Origin: Chlorokybus atmophyticus | Lineage: Eukaryota > Plantae > Mesostigma and Chlorokybus algae | DNA length: 48,078 bases | Direction of reading: 5' to 3' | Assembly: GCA_009103225.1 (NCBI GenBank) | Contig: RHPI01001292.1 | Location: 417,633-465,710 of the forward strand | Shown: in pieces, positions 48,065 to 48,078 of the stretch | Layout: each line of letters begins with the position of its first letter | Numbering within the stretch: position 1 is the stretch's first letter | The notes under the pieces: generated by a model | Seen by the model: only the letters and a program-made list of their open reading frames with translations | Told to the model about the DNA's origin: nothing | The model's database searches: none | Program-made: the position numbers and the translations under genes

Positions 48065-48078
48065 GGTTAGGGTTAGGG
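47994..48078 (+). repeat. Telomeric repeat array (TTAGGG)n
   Basis: 13 TTAGGG units plus one TTTAGGG (48042-48048), running to the window end with the G-rich strand 5'->3' outward. Confidence 0.97.

Overview
Eukaryotic, intron-rich chromosome end from a green alga or other Viridiplantae lineage (nuclear psbW with transit peptide; TTAGGG telomere at 47994-48078), with four N gaps. From left to right: (1) the 5' half of a Ty3/Gypsy LTR retrotransposon (minus strand); (2) a CHD1L/ALC1-type SNF2 remodeler with a macrodomain (minus); (3) a ~14.7-kb multi-exon gene for a giant secreted mosaic protein of roughly 3,500-4,000 aa (signal peptide, at least 6 LamG-like domains, IPT/TIG, filamin-type Ig, DUF2341-like, Kelch propeller, Ser-Pro(n) tracts); (4) an AT-rich island with a decayed reading frame; (5) a 507-bp TRIM-like mini LTR element next to a casein kinase 2 alpha pseudogene; (6) a full-length but inactivated Ty1/Copia element with a half-tRNA-type PBS and perfect TSD; (7) PCNA with an upstream E2F palindrome; (8) psbW; (9) LTR remnants running into the telomere. 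The strongest candidates for new biology are the giant protein, in which domains are inserted inside other domains, and the short-LTR TRIM family, a possible relative of which abuts the telomere. All calls are by eye from the sequence and ORF track; no database searches were run.
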